This document shows, piece after piece, positions 27,072-35,591 of a stretch of 64,000 nucleotides of DNA. Each line of letters starts with the position of its first letter. The first letter of the stretch is position 1. This DNA comes from Elusimicrobia bacterium GWA2_61_42 (lineage in GTDB: Bacteria > Elusimicrobiota > Elusimicrobia > Elusimicrobiales > UBA9959), in assembly GCA_001799615.1 (NCBI GenBank), contig MGTU01000011.1, forward strand, positions 23,480 to 87,479, in the 5' to 3' direction. A program made the position numbers and the translations under genes. Below the pieces are notes generated by a model that was given only the letters and a program-made list of their open reading frames with translations, searched no databases and had not been told where the DNA came from.

Positions 27072-28394
27072 ATGGCGGCAACAGAAACTTACCAGAAGCT
27101 CAATGATACCGGGATAAAGGCCCTGGCGGCGGGAGACCGCGTGAAGGCGGAGCGCCTGTTCCTCGAAGCTATTTCCCTGGACCCGGCCAATCTTTCCGCT
27201 TATATGAACCTGATCTCCGGCCATCTCTCCGGCAAGGCCTATAATAAAGCCCTCATCGTCCTGGGCCTCATGCGCGCCAGGTGCAACCCCGCCCAGCTCG
27301 CCATGGCCGCGGCCGACGTGAAAAGCGTGGAGACCATGGCCTCCTGCGCGATAAAGGAACGCTGCCTGCTCGTCAGCCTCAGCGGCACTTTCGAAAGCCG
27401 CCTGTTCGCCTTGACCTGCGCGGATCACTTCGGGCGCCGCGGCGACGCCCTGCTGGACATCGCCATGCCCCGGCAGCAGCATTTTTCGAAGCTGGAGCCG
27501 TCCGAATTTTTGTACGGCAAAAGGCTGCCGGTGGAGCAGGCCGGCTGTTTCGACGGGATCACCGGGGCTGACTACGACTCCCTGCTCTTCGTGGATTTTC
27601 CCGAGACCGCCTGCCTGGACCTGTTCTGCCGCCTGCTGGAGCTCAAGGGACCCAAAAAAATATTCGTAAGCCTGCGCCTGGCCCCTCCCAAGGGCGCTTC
27701 GGCGGCTTCGGACCTGGTGGCCTACAGGAAACTGTTCCGGGGGCTGGACGGGCTGTTCATGCTGGAGCACGACACCGCGGCCGCCAACGCCAGGTACGGC
27801 GTTCCGGCGCGCAAACTGTTCAAATATATGTTCTCGGTCAACACGGATTACTACGCGCCTCTCAAAGGCGATCCCCTGCCTTACCTGGTCTCCGCCGGCA
27901 CGGCGGCCAGGGATTACGGCGCCCTGCTCGACGCCGTGAAAGGGCTGGGCGTAAAGCTCAGGATCTATACCGACCTGGACCTGAAGCAGCCGAAGGCGGG
28001 CGGCGCGGATGTGGCGGTGAGCAGGCTGAGCGGCAACCATGAGCTGCTCAGGCAGGAGCTTGCCGCCGCCCAAGCCGTAGTTATCCCTTTCAAACCAGCC
28101 GTCAGCCCGGCCGCCAATTCCATCCTTACCATGGCCATGTCCCTCGGCAAAGTAGTTCTCACCAACAGGACGGAAGCGCTGGCCGAGCTGGTCAAAGACG
28201 GGGTGAACGGTTTTTTCTACGATGAAAAAGTGCCGGGGGACCTGCGCAAAAAGATCCGGCAGCTCCTGGCCCTTAAGAAGGAGCGCCGCGACCTTATCGG
28301 CGGGCGCGCAAGGGAAACCGTGCTGGCCAAGGCGGATTACCGCGATCTCGCGCGTAAAGTCCACGCGGCGTTGCGCGGCAAACCGCGGCTGTAG
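27072..28394 (+). CDS. TPR domain fused to GT-B (GT4-like) glycosyltransferase
   Basis: N-terminal TPR (AISLDP...AYMN); C-terminal SAG...RDY..L, AMSLGK.V and ELVKDGVNG; start set at ATG 27072. Confidence 0.65.
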   Translation: MAATETYQKLNDTGIKALAAGDRVKAERLFLEAISLDPANLSAYMNLISGHLSGKAYNKALIVLGLMRARCNPAQLAMAAADVKSVETMASCAIKERCLLVSLSGTFESRLFALTCADHFGRRGDALLDIAMPRQQHFSKLEPSEFLYGKRLPVEQAGCFDGITGADYDSLLFVDFPETACLDLFCRLLELKGPKKIFVSLRLAPPKGASAASDLVAYRKLFRGLDGLFMLEHDTAAANARYGVPARKLFKYMFSVNTDYYAPLKGDPLPYLVSAGTAARDYGALLDAVKGLGVKLRIYTDLDLKQPKAGGADVAVSRLSGNHELLRQELAAAQAVVIPFKPAVSPAANSILTMAMSLGKVVLTNRTEALAELVKDGVNGFFYDEKVPGDLRKKIRQLLALKKERRDLIGGRARETVLAKADYRDLARKVHAALRGKPRL

Positions 28395-28451
28395 CCTCCC
28401 CGGCCGGCCGTCCCCGACGGAGCGGCGATTATTATATAATAGGGTTAAAGT

Positions 28452-29258
28452 ATGGCTAAAGGGGCGTCCTCATTTTTATTTCTGATCCTGCTGGCGGCCG
28501 GCGGCTGTGCCGACCGCTACGAGGACGCCGTGGTGCTGGAAGAGCAGGGCCGGTTCCTGAAAGCGGCGGCCAAATACAAGGCCTTCGCGCTGGAGAACCC
28601 CAAAGCCGCCGACGCCCCCAAAGCGCTGCTGGCCGCCGCGAACCTTTACGCCCTCAAGCTGGGCGTCTGCCACGAGTCCAAGCCGCTGCTGGAGCGGCTG
28701 GCCAGGGACTATCCGTCTTTCAACATGCCGGAGGACGTCTTCCGCCGCATCTTCGTCTGTCCCGATTATTTCCCCGCCGGCCCGGGCCTGAAATGGACCT
28801 ACGGCGACTCCCAGACGCTGGGCAAAAACGCCAGGCAGGAAGTGGCGGTCGTGGACCACACTTCCCGGGGCGCGGTCATCAGCAGCGCTTTTTACGCCGG
28901 CCGGTCCCTCGTCAGCCGCCAGAAAAAGGCCTACCGCTTTTCCTCCATGAACTTCATGGAGCGCCAGGACCGCGGCGAGACGCTGATCCTGAATTACCCG
29001 CTGGAGACGGGCAAAGCCTGGACCTCCTCCGGGCCGGAGGGCCGCCTGGAGTTCCGCGTGGAAGCGACAGGACAGAAGGTGAAGGTCAAGGCCGGGGAAT
29101 TCGCGGGCTGCGTCAAGATCCGCCGCCGCTCCCCCGGCATGCCGTCGTGGATCCTGGAATATTACGCGCCCTGGACCGGCAAGGTCCTCACGTCGGTAGC
29201 CGGCAAAGGCTTTGAGAACCGGGTAACGGAACTGCTGTCCTATGAAGAAAAAAAATAA
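28452..29258 (+). CDS. Lipoprotein with TPR-like N-domain and beta-rich C-domain
   Basis: Lipobox-like AGGC; YFP..PG.KWTY and V.V.AG.F..C.KI...YYAP..G.V patterns. Confidence 0.7.
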   Translation: MAKGASSFLFLILLAAGGCADRYEDAVVLEEQGRFLKAAAKYKAFALENPKAADAPKALLAAANLYALKLGVCHESKPLLERLARDYPSFNMPEDVFRRIFVCPDYFPAGPGLKWTYGDSQTLGKNARQEVAVVDHTSRGAVISSAFYAGRSLVSRQKKAYRFSSMNFMERQDRGETLILNYPLETGKAWTSSGPEGRLEFRVEATGQKVKVKAGEFAGCVKIRRRSPGMPSWILEYYAPWTGKVLTSVAGKGFENRVTELLSYEEKK

Positions 29259-30510
29259 CGAGCCCGACCCCGCCGCCGTCCCCGGGCTTTTCGGCGACAT
29301 CATCCCCTCCCCGGCCCCGCCCAGGAAGGACGGGCTGCTCTCCTTCTCCTATTCCAAGATGTCGCTTTACGAGGAATGCCCCCTGAAGTACAAGTTCAAG
29401 TACATCGACAAGATCAAGGAAGAACCCAAGTTCTACTTCGCTTTCGGCAACAGCATCCACACCGCGCTGGAATTCCTGTACTCGGTCAAAGCGCCGCCTT
29501 TCCCCTCGCTCGAGGAATTGCTGGAGGCTTTCCGGCAGGACTGGAACCAGAAATCCTACCTGGAAAAAGGCTACCGCGCGCCGCAGAAGGCCGAGGACGA
29601 CTACCAGAAAGGCCTGGCGATGCTGAAGGCCTATTACGAACATAACCGCGCCGCTTTCAAGCCGCCGTTCCTGGTGGAATATTCCACCGACGTGGAAGTG
29701 GACGGCCTGCTGGTGCGCACCATCTCCGACCGCATCGAGCACCTGGGCGGCGGCGAAATAGTGATCATAGACTACAAGACCGGCAAGGACGTGAAGCGCC
29801 AGCCGCTGCAGCTGTACATGTACCAGAAGATCAGCGAGCTGGACCCCCGCCTGAAAGAAAAGATCGCCGAGACCTACGGCCAGCGCGTCAGCGCCGTAAA
29901 AGTGCGCCAGCTGCTGTACTACCATGTGCCGACCCTGAAGGAATATACGTTCGAGCGCGCCGACGACAAGGAGATAGGCGGTTTCTGGGAGCGCGTGCTG
30001 GGCGTGGCCGACGCCATAAAAGGCCTGAAGTTCGACCCTACCCCCGGCGAGCGCGCCTGCGCCTGGTGCGACTACAAGAGCCTGTGCCCCCACTTCTTCG
30101 GCGGCCAGCCCCGGCCGGCGGCGCAGCCCGCCGCCGTTACCGACAATATCGAGGTGCTGGTGGACCGCTACGGGCGCCTTAAAGAAAAAATGGAGGAGAT
30201 CCAGGCCCAGCTCGCCGAAGTGGCCGACAGCATAGGCCGCTCCGCCAGGGACGGCGGCGAATACGCCGGCTCCTCGTACACCGCGCAGGTAAAGAAAAGC
30301 TCCAGGTGGGAATTCAGGGACCGCGAGGCCGTCATCGGCGTGCTCAACCAGTTCGACCTCTACAAGAAGGCCCTCAGCCTCACCCTGACCGGCATTACCG
30401 GCGTGCTGGAGAGCGACGACCTCCCGGAGGCTGCCCGCAAAAAACTCCTCGATCAGGCCGTAAAAAAAACCGGCTACGACATCAAGATCACCAAAAAGCC
30501 CGGCGCGTAA
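29242..30510 (+). CDS. PD-(D/E)XK RecB/Cas4-like nuclease with Fe-S staple and C-terminal extension
   Basis: SYS....Y.ECP, FG..IH, DRI, IIDYKTG, QL.MY and C..C.Y...C. Confidence 0.85.
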   Translation: MKKKNNEPDPAAVPGLFGDIIPSPAPPRKDGLLSFSYSKMSLYEECPLKYKFKYIDKIKEEPKFYFAFGNSIHTALEFLYSVKAPPFPSLEELLEAFRQDWNQKSYLEKGYRAPQKAEDDYQKGLAMLKAYYEHNRAAFKPPFLVEYSTDVEVDGLLVRTISDRIEHLGGGEIVIIDYKTGKDVKRQPLQLYMYQKISELDPRLKEKIAETYGQRVSAVKVRQLLYYHVPTLKEYTFERADDKEIGGFWERVLGVADAIKGLKFDPTPGERACAWCDYKSLCPHFFGGQPRPAAQPAAVTDNIEVLVDRYGRLKEKMEEIQAQLAEVADSIGRSARDGGEYAGSSYTAQVKKSSRWEFRDREAVIGVLNQFDLYKKALSLTLTGITGVLESDDLPEAARKKLLDQAVKKTGYDIKITKKPGA

Positions 30511-30531
30511 GGGACCTCGGCCGCAACTAGT

Positions 30532-32028
30532 ATGCCTGAAAAATTTATAATCGTGCTCGACCAGGGGAGCTCCAGCTCCCGCGCCCTCGCCTTCGACCTC
30601 GACGGCAATATCCGCTACAAGGCCCAGCGCAAGATAGAGGCCGCCTACCCCTCCCCGGGCCGCGCGGAATACGACGCCGAAAAACTCTACCTCTCCCAGG
30701 CCGACAGCCTGGCCGAAGTCATGGCCAAGCTGCCGCCCGACGCCGAGGCCGCCGCCCTGGGCATCGCCGCCCAGCGCTCCACCGTAGTGTTCTGGGACAG
30801 AACCACCGGGGCCCCGCTCGCCCCCGCCCTGAGCTGGCAGGACGGCCGCGCCCTGGAGCTGCTCGCCAAGATCCCCCTCTCCAACACAAAGATCCACGAC
30901 CTCACCGGCCTTTATAAAACGCCTTATTACAGCGCGTCCAAAATAGCCTGGGCCCTGGAGAATTACCCGGAGGTGAAGGCCGCCGCCGCGGAAAAGCGCC
31001 TGCTCATCGCGCCGGTGGCCACCTATGTGATCTGGCGGCTGTCGGGCGGCAAAAGCTTCGTCATAGACCCCTCCCAGGCCCAGCGCACACTGCTGTTCAA
31101 CCTGCGCCGCCTGAAGTGGGAGCCGAAACTTCTTTCCGCTTTCGGGCTGGCCGCTGAGTTCCTGCCGGAAATAAAACCCAGCATCGGGCGCCTTTGCCAC
31201 GTCGAGACCGCCGGCCGCCGCGTGCCGGTGACCGCCATGTTGGGCGATCAGCAGGCCGCCATGCTGGGCCTTGGGCTGGAGACGCCCAATTCGGCCGCCC
31301 TCAATTACGGCACCGGGGCTTTCCTGCTGGTGAATACCGGCAGGCAGACCCTCAAGATCCGCGGCCTGCTCAATTCCTTCGGCTGGCAGGAAGGGAAGGG
31401 CAAGAAGAATATCTGTTATTTCACCGAGAGCACCGTGAATTCCGCCGGGACTTCCCTGGAATGGCTGCGCCAGAAGTTCGGGCTTTTCGAGGAGATCGGC
31501 GACGTGGACGGCATGTGCCGCAAGTCCAAAAACCGCCTGCACTGCCTGCCGGCCATCGGCGGGCTGGGCGCGCCGTACTGGGACTTCACCACCTTTACCA
31601 CCTTCGCGGGCTTCTCCCCCCATTCCGACAAATACGACGTGGTGCGGGGCGTGACGGAGGGCATCGCCTACATGGTGGCCGACGCCTTCGACCTGGTAAA
31701 GAAAAAAGGCTTTAAGATCGCTGACCTCAAGGTTTCCGGCGGCCTCTCGAAGATAGACTGGCTGTTGCAGTTCCAGGCCGACATCACCGGCGCCCGCCTG
31801 ACGGCGCTGGAGGAAAGCGAGGCCACGGCCATGGGCGCGGGGCTTGCCGCCGCCCGAGGGCTGGGCCTGGCCCCGCAGTGGACCGCCAAGGTCTCCAGCA
31901 GGGTGTTCGAGCCCGCCATAGGCGAGGAAGAGCGGCAGAACCTGATAAAGGGCTGGCGCATCTTCGTAAAGGACATACGCCGCACCAGCCGGGACCTGCG
32001 CAAACTCAACATCCTGCCTCACGCTTAG
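30532..32028 (+). CDS. FGGY carbohydrate kinase, glycerol-kinase-like
   Basis: LDQGSSSSR, WQD.R, GDQQAA, YGTG.F, GLGAPYW and Q.QAD; some GlpK positions diverge. Confidence 0.8.
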   Translation: MPEKFIIVLDQGSSSSRALAFDLDGNIRYKAQRKIEAAYPSPGRAEYDAEKLYLSQADSLAEVMAKLPPDAEAAALGIAAQRSTVVFWDRTTGAPLAPALSWQDGRALELLAKIPLSNTKIHDLTGLYKTPYYSASKIAWALENYPEVKAAAAEKRLLIAPVATYVIWRLSGGKSFVIDPSQAQRTLLFNLRRLKWEPKLLSAFGLAAEFLPEIKPSIGRLCHVETAGRRVPVTAMLGDQQAAMLGLGLETPNSAALNYGTGAFLLVNTGRQTLKIRGLLNSFGWQEGKGKKNICYFTESTVNSAGTSLEWLRQKFGLFEEIGDVDGMCRKSKNRLHCLPAIGGLGAPYWDFTTFTTFAGFSPHSDKYDVVRGVTEGIAYMVADAFDLVKKKGFKIADLKVSGGLSKIDWLLQFQADITGARLTALEESEATAMGAGLAAARGLGLAPQWTAKVSSRVFEPAIGEEERQNLIKGWRIFVKDIRRTSRDLRKLNILPHA

Positions 32029-32042
32029 CCGGGAGCTGAAAT

Positions 32043-32077
32043 AAAAAAGGACGGGCCTTAAGCCCGTCCTTTTCTTT
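32043..32077. terminator. Bidirectional intrinsic terminator
   Basis: AAAAGGACGGGC-CTTAA-GCCCGTCCTTTT. Confidence 0.88.
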
Positions 32078-32089
32078 GGCGCGCTAAGG

Positions 32090-33028
32090 CTAGTTCTTGT
32101 TCTCTTCCAGGAACAGCAGCGCTTCCATGGCCGCCTTGCAGCCGGTGCCGGCGGCAACCACGGCCTGCTTGTAGCGGGTGTCCATCACGTCGCCAGCGGC
32201 GAAAACGCCGGGGACCGAGGCGGCGGTTTTCTCGTCCGTCACGATGTAGCCGGCCTCGTCGAGCGCCAGCTTGCCTTTGAAGGCCTCGGTGGCGGGCGTA
32301 TGGCCTATGGCTATGAAGGCCCCGGTGACTTCCAGTCGGCGCACGGCGCCGGTCCTGACGTTCTTGAGGTTTACGGCGGCCAGCCTGGCCTCGCCGATGA
32401 ATTCCTCCGGGATATGGTCGTAGATGATCTCCACTTTGGGGTTGGCGCGGAGTTTCTCCTGCAGGCGGAAGGAGGCGCGGAGCTTGTCGCGGCGGTGCAC
32501 CAGGTATACCTTCGCCGCGAACTTGGTGAGGAAGAGCGCGTCCTCCGCGGCGGAATCCCCTCCCCCTATCACGCAGATCTCCTTGCCGCGGAAGAAGAAG
32601 CCGTCGCAGGTGGCGCAGCCGGAAACGCCCTTGCCGGTGAATTTCTGCTCCGAAGGGATCCCCAGCCACCTGGCCTGCGCGCCGGTGGCGATTATCACGG
32701 CGCCCGCTGTATACTCCTTGCCGCTGCCGGCCTTGAACCTGAACGGCCGCGCGGAAAGGTCGGCCCCGGTTATGGATTCCTGGAAGACCACGGCCCCCAG
32801 GCGCGTGACCTGCTTGATCATCCGCGTCATGAGGTCGGCCCCGGCCACCGGGTCGATGAACCCGGGAAAATTCTCTATCTCCATCGTCTGCAGCAGCTGC
32901 CCGCCGGGCGCCACGCCGCCGAACAGCGCGGTGGCGGCCCCTCCTCGCGTGGCGTAAATGGCCGCGGTCAGCCCGGCGGGGCCGGACCCTATGATGACGA
33001 TGTCGAAATCCGGCTTTTGGTCGGCCAT
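32090..33028 (-). CDS. trxB: Thioredoxin reductase
   Basis: GSGPAG, IENFPG, GVSGCATCDG, GGGDSA, HRR and FAAGDV. Confidence 0.97.
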   Translation of the reverse strand: MADQKPDFDIVIIGSGPAGLTAAIYATRGGAATALFGGVAPGGQLLQTMEIENFPGFIDPVAGADLMTRMIKQVTRLGAVVFQESITGADLSARPFRFKAGSGKEYTAGAVIIATGAQARWLGIPSEQKFTGKGVSGCATCDGFFFRGKEICVIGGGDSAAEDALFLTKFAAKVYLVHRRDKLRASFRLQEKLRANPKVEIIYDHIPEEFIGEARLAAVNLKNVRTGAVRRLEVTGAFIAIGHTPATEAFKGKLALDEAGYIVTDEKTAASVPGVFAAGDVMDTRYKQAVVAAGTGCKAAMEALLFLEENKN

Positions 33029-33041
33029 ATTGCTCTTTCCT

Positions 33042-33446
33042 TTATTTCTTGTAGGACGCCATCGAGGTGGGAGTTTCCCAGAAAGCGATCTTATGCACCG
33101 GCAGCTTGAGGTCGCGGGTTAAACAGGCGAAGATCAGCCCGGCCAGCACTTCCGCGGTCGGGTTCTCGTCCGTCAGGTAGCAGCGCTGTCCCTCTTTGGC
33201 GAGCACGGCGGCCAGGGGGTCGGCTTTCGCCAGGATGACCTTGTGGTCCAGGTTCTCGTCGAGCCAGAGTTTCACTTTCTTGCCCAGTTCGGTGAAATCC
33301 ATCACCATCCTGTCGCCGTTGAGCTCGGCGGCTTTCAGGCTGACTTCCACCACGCCGTTGTGGCCGTGGAGGTTCTCGCATTTGCCCTTGTAGTTGAGCA
33401 GGCGGTGCCCGTAGGCCAGGTGAAAGGTTTTTTTGATCTTATACAT
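33042..33446 (-). CDS. queD: 6-carboxytetrahydropterin synthase / PTPS (CExxHGH type)
   Basis: HRL, KCENLHGHN, MDF, LDH, NPTAE and WETP. Confidence 0.9.
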   Translation of the reverse strand: MYKIKKTFHLAYGHRLLNYKGKCENLHGHNGVVEVSLKAAELNGDRMVMDFTELGKKVKLWLDENLDHKVILAKADPLAAVLAKEGQRCYLTDENPTAEVLAGLIFACLTRDLKLPVHKIAFWETPTSMASYKK

Positions 33447-33474
33447 GTTCGAATTCGCTCCTTGCGCCGGCGCG

Positions 33475-34032
33475 TTAAAGCCCGGCTTTCTTCATGAACT
33501 TGCGGACCAGGTTCATGGACAGGCCTACCACGGTGTCGAAGCGGCCCTCTATCTTTTCTATGAAAAGGTCGCCGGTATCCTGTACGGCGTAGGCCCCGGC
33601 CTTGTCGTGGTGCTTGTACGCCAGGTCATGCAGTTCCGCCGGGGTCAGCCGGCGGGCTTTGCAGCGGGAAACTTCGCCGCCGGCCAGGAAGATGCCCTTG
33701 TCCAGCCAGATCAGGGCTACGCCGGTGTGGACGGCCTGCCAGGAGGCGTTCTGCAGGTTGAGCAGGCGCAGCGCGTCCTTGTGGCTGGCCGGCTTGCCCA
33801 GCACCTCGCCCTTACAGTAGACCAGCGTGTCGGAGCCGAGTACCGGCGAGCCGGGGTGCTTCAGCGCCACGCTGAGGGCTTTTTTGTAGGCCAGCTCCCG
33901 CACTATCAGGGCCGGCCTCTTATAGGCGCAGACCTCCTTGATATGGCTGGGGATCGTCCGGTACTTTATTCCGGCCCGGGTAAGGAGCAGCTTCCTTCTC
34001 GGGGATTTAGAGGCCAGTATGAGGGTGGGCAT
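33475..34032 (-). CDS. maf: Maf family nucleotide pyrophosphatase
   Basis: LILAS.SPRR..LL, SDT.V, GKP, DKAGAY and VVGL; start set at ATG 34032. Confidence 0.93.
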   Translation of the reverse strand: MPTLILASKSPRRKLLLTRAGIKYRTIPSHIKEVCAYKRPALIVRELAYKKALSVALKHPGSPVLGSDTLVYCKGEVLGKPASHKDALRLLNLQNASWQAVHTGVALIWLDKGIFLAGGEVSRCKARRLTPAELHDLAYKHHDKAGAYAVQDTGDLFIEKIEGRFDTVVGLSMNLVRKFMKKAGL

Positions 34033-34292
34033 TACTTGACGAGCTGTTTGTAGACCACGGCGGACAGGAAAATGCCGATGATGCTGGAGATGTTGAACTT
34101 GAAGACCAGCCCGGCGGTAAATTCCACCAGGTTCAGGTCCACGGTGGTCGGATGCAGGCCGGTGTTTATCCCCGTATTGATAAGGGCGTTGATCTGGCCT
34201 GCCGGGAACCACATATTGAACACCTTGCTGATGAACAGGCCCAGCAGGGAGCCCACTACCACCACTACCACCACATGCAGCGCGTTTTTCAT
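34032..34292 (-). CDS. Small membrane protein (DUF4321-like)
   Basis: Two TM helices; G..P..VDL...FT.G.....N..S..GI pattern; commonly found next to maf. Confidence 0.7.
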   Translation of the reverse strand: MKNALHVVVVVVVGSLLGLFISKVFNMWFPAGQINALINTGINTGLHPTTVDLNLVEFTAGLVFKFNISSIIGIFLSAVVYKQLVK

Positions 34293-34660
34293 AGTTCCTT
34301 TTCGGTGCCGGCGGCTTTATCCAGGGGTATATTGGTGGTGAACAGCGTGTTGGCGCCTATCCAGTCCAGGTAATTGGCGGCCGCCCCGTCTATTTCGGTG
34401 AAGATGGTCTCGGGCACGGCGTAGGGATGGCGCGCCTTGACGAACTGGATGATATCCTCGCGCAGCGCCCTGCGGGTCTTGATCATCAGCAGGATTTCCG
34501 AGGATTTCTCTATGCGGTCCTTCCACCAGTAGGAGGACTCAAGGCCGGGCACCAGCGACACGCAGGCCGCCAGGCGCTCCTTGAGCAGCCCGGACGCTAT
34601 TTCGTCGGCGGTCTTCCTGTCGCCGGCGGTAACAAAACAGAGGTCGTATTGGGTCGCCAT
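34289..34660 (-). CDS. cutA: Divalent-cation tolerance protein CutA
   Basis: LAACV, S.Y.W, E..L.IKT, HPY.VPE and YL.W; start set at ATG 34660. Confidence 0.93.
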   Translation of the reverse strand: MATQYDLCFVTAGDRKTADEIASGLLKERLAACVSLVPGLESSYWWKDRIEKSSEILLMIKTRRALREDIIQFVKARHPYAVPETIFTEIDGAAANYLDWIGANTLFTTNIPLDKAAGTEKEL

Positions 34661-34706
34661 AAGGTTAATGATATCAAAGGCCGGCAAATAAAATCAACGG
34701 ACCGCG

Positions 34707-35588
34707 CTACTCCAGGGGGCAGGCGGAGAATTCCTCGCGCACCTGGTCCAGGTCGGCCTGCCTGGCCTGGCGCCAGCCGGCGTCCTCGCGCAGCTCGCGG
34801 GCGCGGATCTTGTCGAACCGGCCCACGATGTCGCTTTGCTGGTCGTAGAAAGTGCGCTGGTAGCGGTAGACGTCGTAGACCGGCAGGCCCCTCAGCTCCG
34901 CGTCGTTCTTCATGGCCTGGCTGGCGGTCATGACGCCTTTTTTAACGCGCAGCTGGTCCCTGTCGTAGAGCAGCTGGTAGAAAGTCTCGTCGTCTATGGC
35001 CTTGCGGATCTTCTCCAGCCAGACGCGCTGGTTCTCCACGGTGTCCAGCGGGCGCTGGCAGTCGGAGTCCGCGGCCAGGGCCTGCCTGCGGGCCTGCTGC
35101 ATGGCGTAGCCGGTGCCGCCCAGCACGTAGGCGCAGAAGGAGGTCTTGATCCCTTCGGCGCCCCTGGCCTTGTCGAAATCCTCGTTCAGGAGGGTCAGGT
35201 CCACCGCCAGGCGCGCCTGCGTCAGCGCGGACAGCTCTTCCTCCTCCGCGACCAGTTCTTCCAGGCCGGTTTGCGAGGAGAATTCGTAGATCTTGCCGGC
35301 CCGGGCGATGGCCAAAGCCAGCATCTTGTCGGAGCTTTTATATTCCGGCGGCAGGAAGATCTTGCCGGCTTTGAGGGAGAACTTGTGGCAGAGCCCGGGG
35401 GTATTGGAGTATTCGAAACGCACCGGGTGCTTGTGCAGGAATTTAAGCAGCGGCCGGCCTTCCCGCGTACCTTCCAGGAGGTCGAAGGCCCGCTCCATGG
35501 AGGGCTCCGTGGTCAGGACGATGCCCTTCCCCCCGGCGCAGGCCGAGAGGACGAAAGCGGCGGAAATTATAAGGGCGTGTTTTTTCAT
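34707..35588 (-). CDS. Hypothetical lipoprotein
   Basis: Lipobox LSAC; codon usage like its neighbours. Confidence 0.75.
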   Translation of the reverse strand: MKKHALIISAAFVLSACAGGKGIVLTTEPSMERAFDLLEGTREGRPLLKFLHKHPVRFEYSNTPGLCHKFSLKAGKIFLPPEYKSSDKMLALAIARAGKIYEFSSQTGLEELVAEEEELSALTQARLAVDLTLLNEDFDKARGAEGIKTSFCAYVLGGTGYAMQQARRQALAADSDCQRPLDTVENQRVWLEKIRKAIDDETFYQLLYDRDQLRVKKGVMTASQAMKNDAELRGLPVYDVYRYQRTFYDQQSDIVGRFDKIRARELREDAGWRQARQADLDQVREEFSACPLE

Positions 35589-35591
35589 CGG

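Noticed and set aside
29242-30510. Cas4-like nuclease as evidence of a CRISPR system
   Set aside because: No repeat-spacer array, cas1 or cas2 was seen in the window.
30532-32028. Assigning the symbol glpK
   Set aside because: The usual TNQRET motif reads AAQRST and no glpD or glpF is adjacent, so the substrate is uncertain.
29188-32157. 989-aa minus-strand ORF
   Set aside because: Antisense shadow of the nuclease and FGGY kinase genes; high GC3 removes stops on the opposite strand; no recognisable motifs.
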